Of a stretch of 64,000 nucleotides of DNA, positions 62,963 to 64,000 are shown in pieces. The position numbers and the translations under genes were made by a program. Numbering within the stretch: position 1 is the stretch's first letter; the number at the start of each line of letters is the position of its first letter. A model generated the notes under the pieces. The model did not search any database. It was not told the origin of the DNA and saw nothing but the letters and a program-made list of their open reading frames with translations. Source of the DNA: Octopus vulgaris (Eukaryota); contig OX597816.1 in NCBI GenBank assembly GCA_951406725.2, positions 17,236,001 through 17,300,000 on the forward strand, written 5' to 3'.

Positions 62963-63263
62963 GGGAGTGGTTGTGTAGTAAGTAGCTTACCACAGTAAGA
63001 AACTGAAAGAAGCCTCTCATATATATGTATATATGTGTATGTGTGTGTATATGTTTGTGTGTCTGTGTTTGACCCCCAGCATTGCTTGACAACTGATGCT
63101 GGTGTGTTCACGTCCCCGTAACTTAGCAGTTCGGCAAAAGAGACCAATAGAATAAGAACTAGACTTACAAAAGAATAAGTCCTGAGGTTGATTTGCTCGA
63201 CTAAATATGGTGCTCCAACATGGCCGCAGTCAAATTACTGAAACAAATAAAAGAATAAAAGAA
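62963..63263 (+). mobile_element. SINE family A with internal deletion
   Basis: The head is joined directly to gaaactgaaagaagcc; the tail is intact. Confidence 0.8.
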
Positions 63264-63881
63264 TTCCTTAAAGGTAATACTTTCAGAAAAAGAGAGAGAG
63301 AGAGAGAGAGAGAGATGGCTGAGTTCATCACAGTTCAGCTAAAAAAAAAAAAAAGAGAAAACAGAATTAAAAGCATTGATTTAGAAACCTCAGCAATTTC
63401 TTGTATAACCACAAAATTGCAGGTTTATAGAAGAAAAGCAATGACACAGTTACACCTTTTTCAACTAAACATCAAAATAAAGTTATTGATATCATTTGCC
63501 ATCTTGTAATGCATTTTACACGTGCAATTGCTCTTCCGAACGTATATGATTCAAATTTCACTGTCATGTAGCAATAGATTGATGCCACATACATCATGTT
63601 TTCTTCTATTTGAACAGCGTATATCACTTAACTGAAACAGAGAATCTCCTTTTCCATCATATTTTATATCCGTAACATGTTGCTTTTATGCTATTTTTAT
63701 TGACTCCGCATTTACAATAAAATAGATTCCAGTAAAATATGATGTGCCATAAAACATGAAGGGTTTTTTTGAAGTACAATTCTTGGCTCCTTAGTTTATA
63801 GCAGAGAACGCATGAGAGAAAATCCCTAATCCTTGCATAGAAACCAATTTATCATGGGTAGCACTTTTACAGCAGGCAAAA

Positions 63882-64000
63882 TGGAGGCGCAAATGCCCAG
63901 TGGTTAGGGCAGCAGACTCGCGGTTGGAGGATGGCGGTTTCGATTCCCAGACTGGACGTTGTGTGTGTTTATTGAGTGAAAACACCTAAAGCTCCACGAG
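63882..64000 (+). mobile_element. SINE family F, cut by the window end
   Basis: tggaggcgcaaatgcccagtggttagggcagc...ggtttcgattcccagac. Confidence 0.85.

Overview
This is AT-rich, repeat-saturated eukaryotic DNA with no supportable intact protein-coding gene; it is most likely intronic or intergenic. The SINE repertoire and the extreme microsatellite load suggest an octopod cephalopod (inference, not a database match). Nearly all ORFs in the supplied track are artefacts of simple repeats or SINEs. Supported content is as follows. (1) Several tRNA-headed SINE families in dozens of copies, some with 11-18 bp target-site duplications (TSDs). (2) 5'-truncated non-LTR retrotransposon ends of RTE, CR1-like, R4/Dong-like and HERO-like type. 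(3) Tc1/mariner, pogo-like and hAT-like remnants/MITEs, plus three copies of a ~390 bp non-autonomous Helitron. (4) About 15 intact or decayed minimal hammerhead-ribozyme (HHR) motifs of the kind carried by Penelope-like elements (PLEs), often in foldback arrangements inside (TA)n tracts. The most notable items are a composite element made of a tRNA head, an (AAT)n tract and a hammerhead (a candidate PLE-mobilised SINE/retrozyme), tandem H-type pseudoknot modules in the RTE 3' UTR, and two candidate microexons. Family labels A-G are local names. Boundaries of degenerate repeats were read by eye and are approximate.
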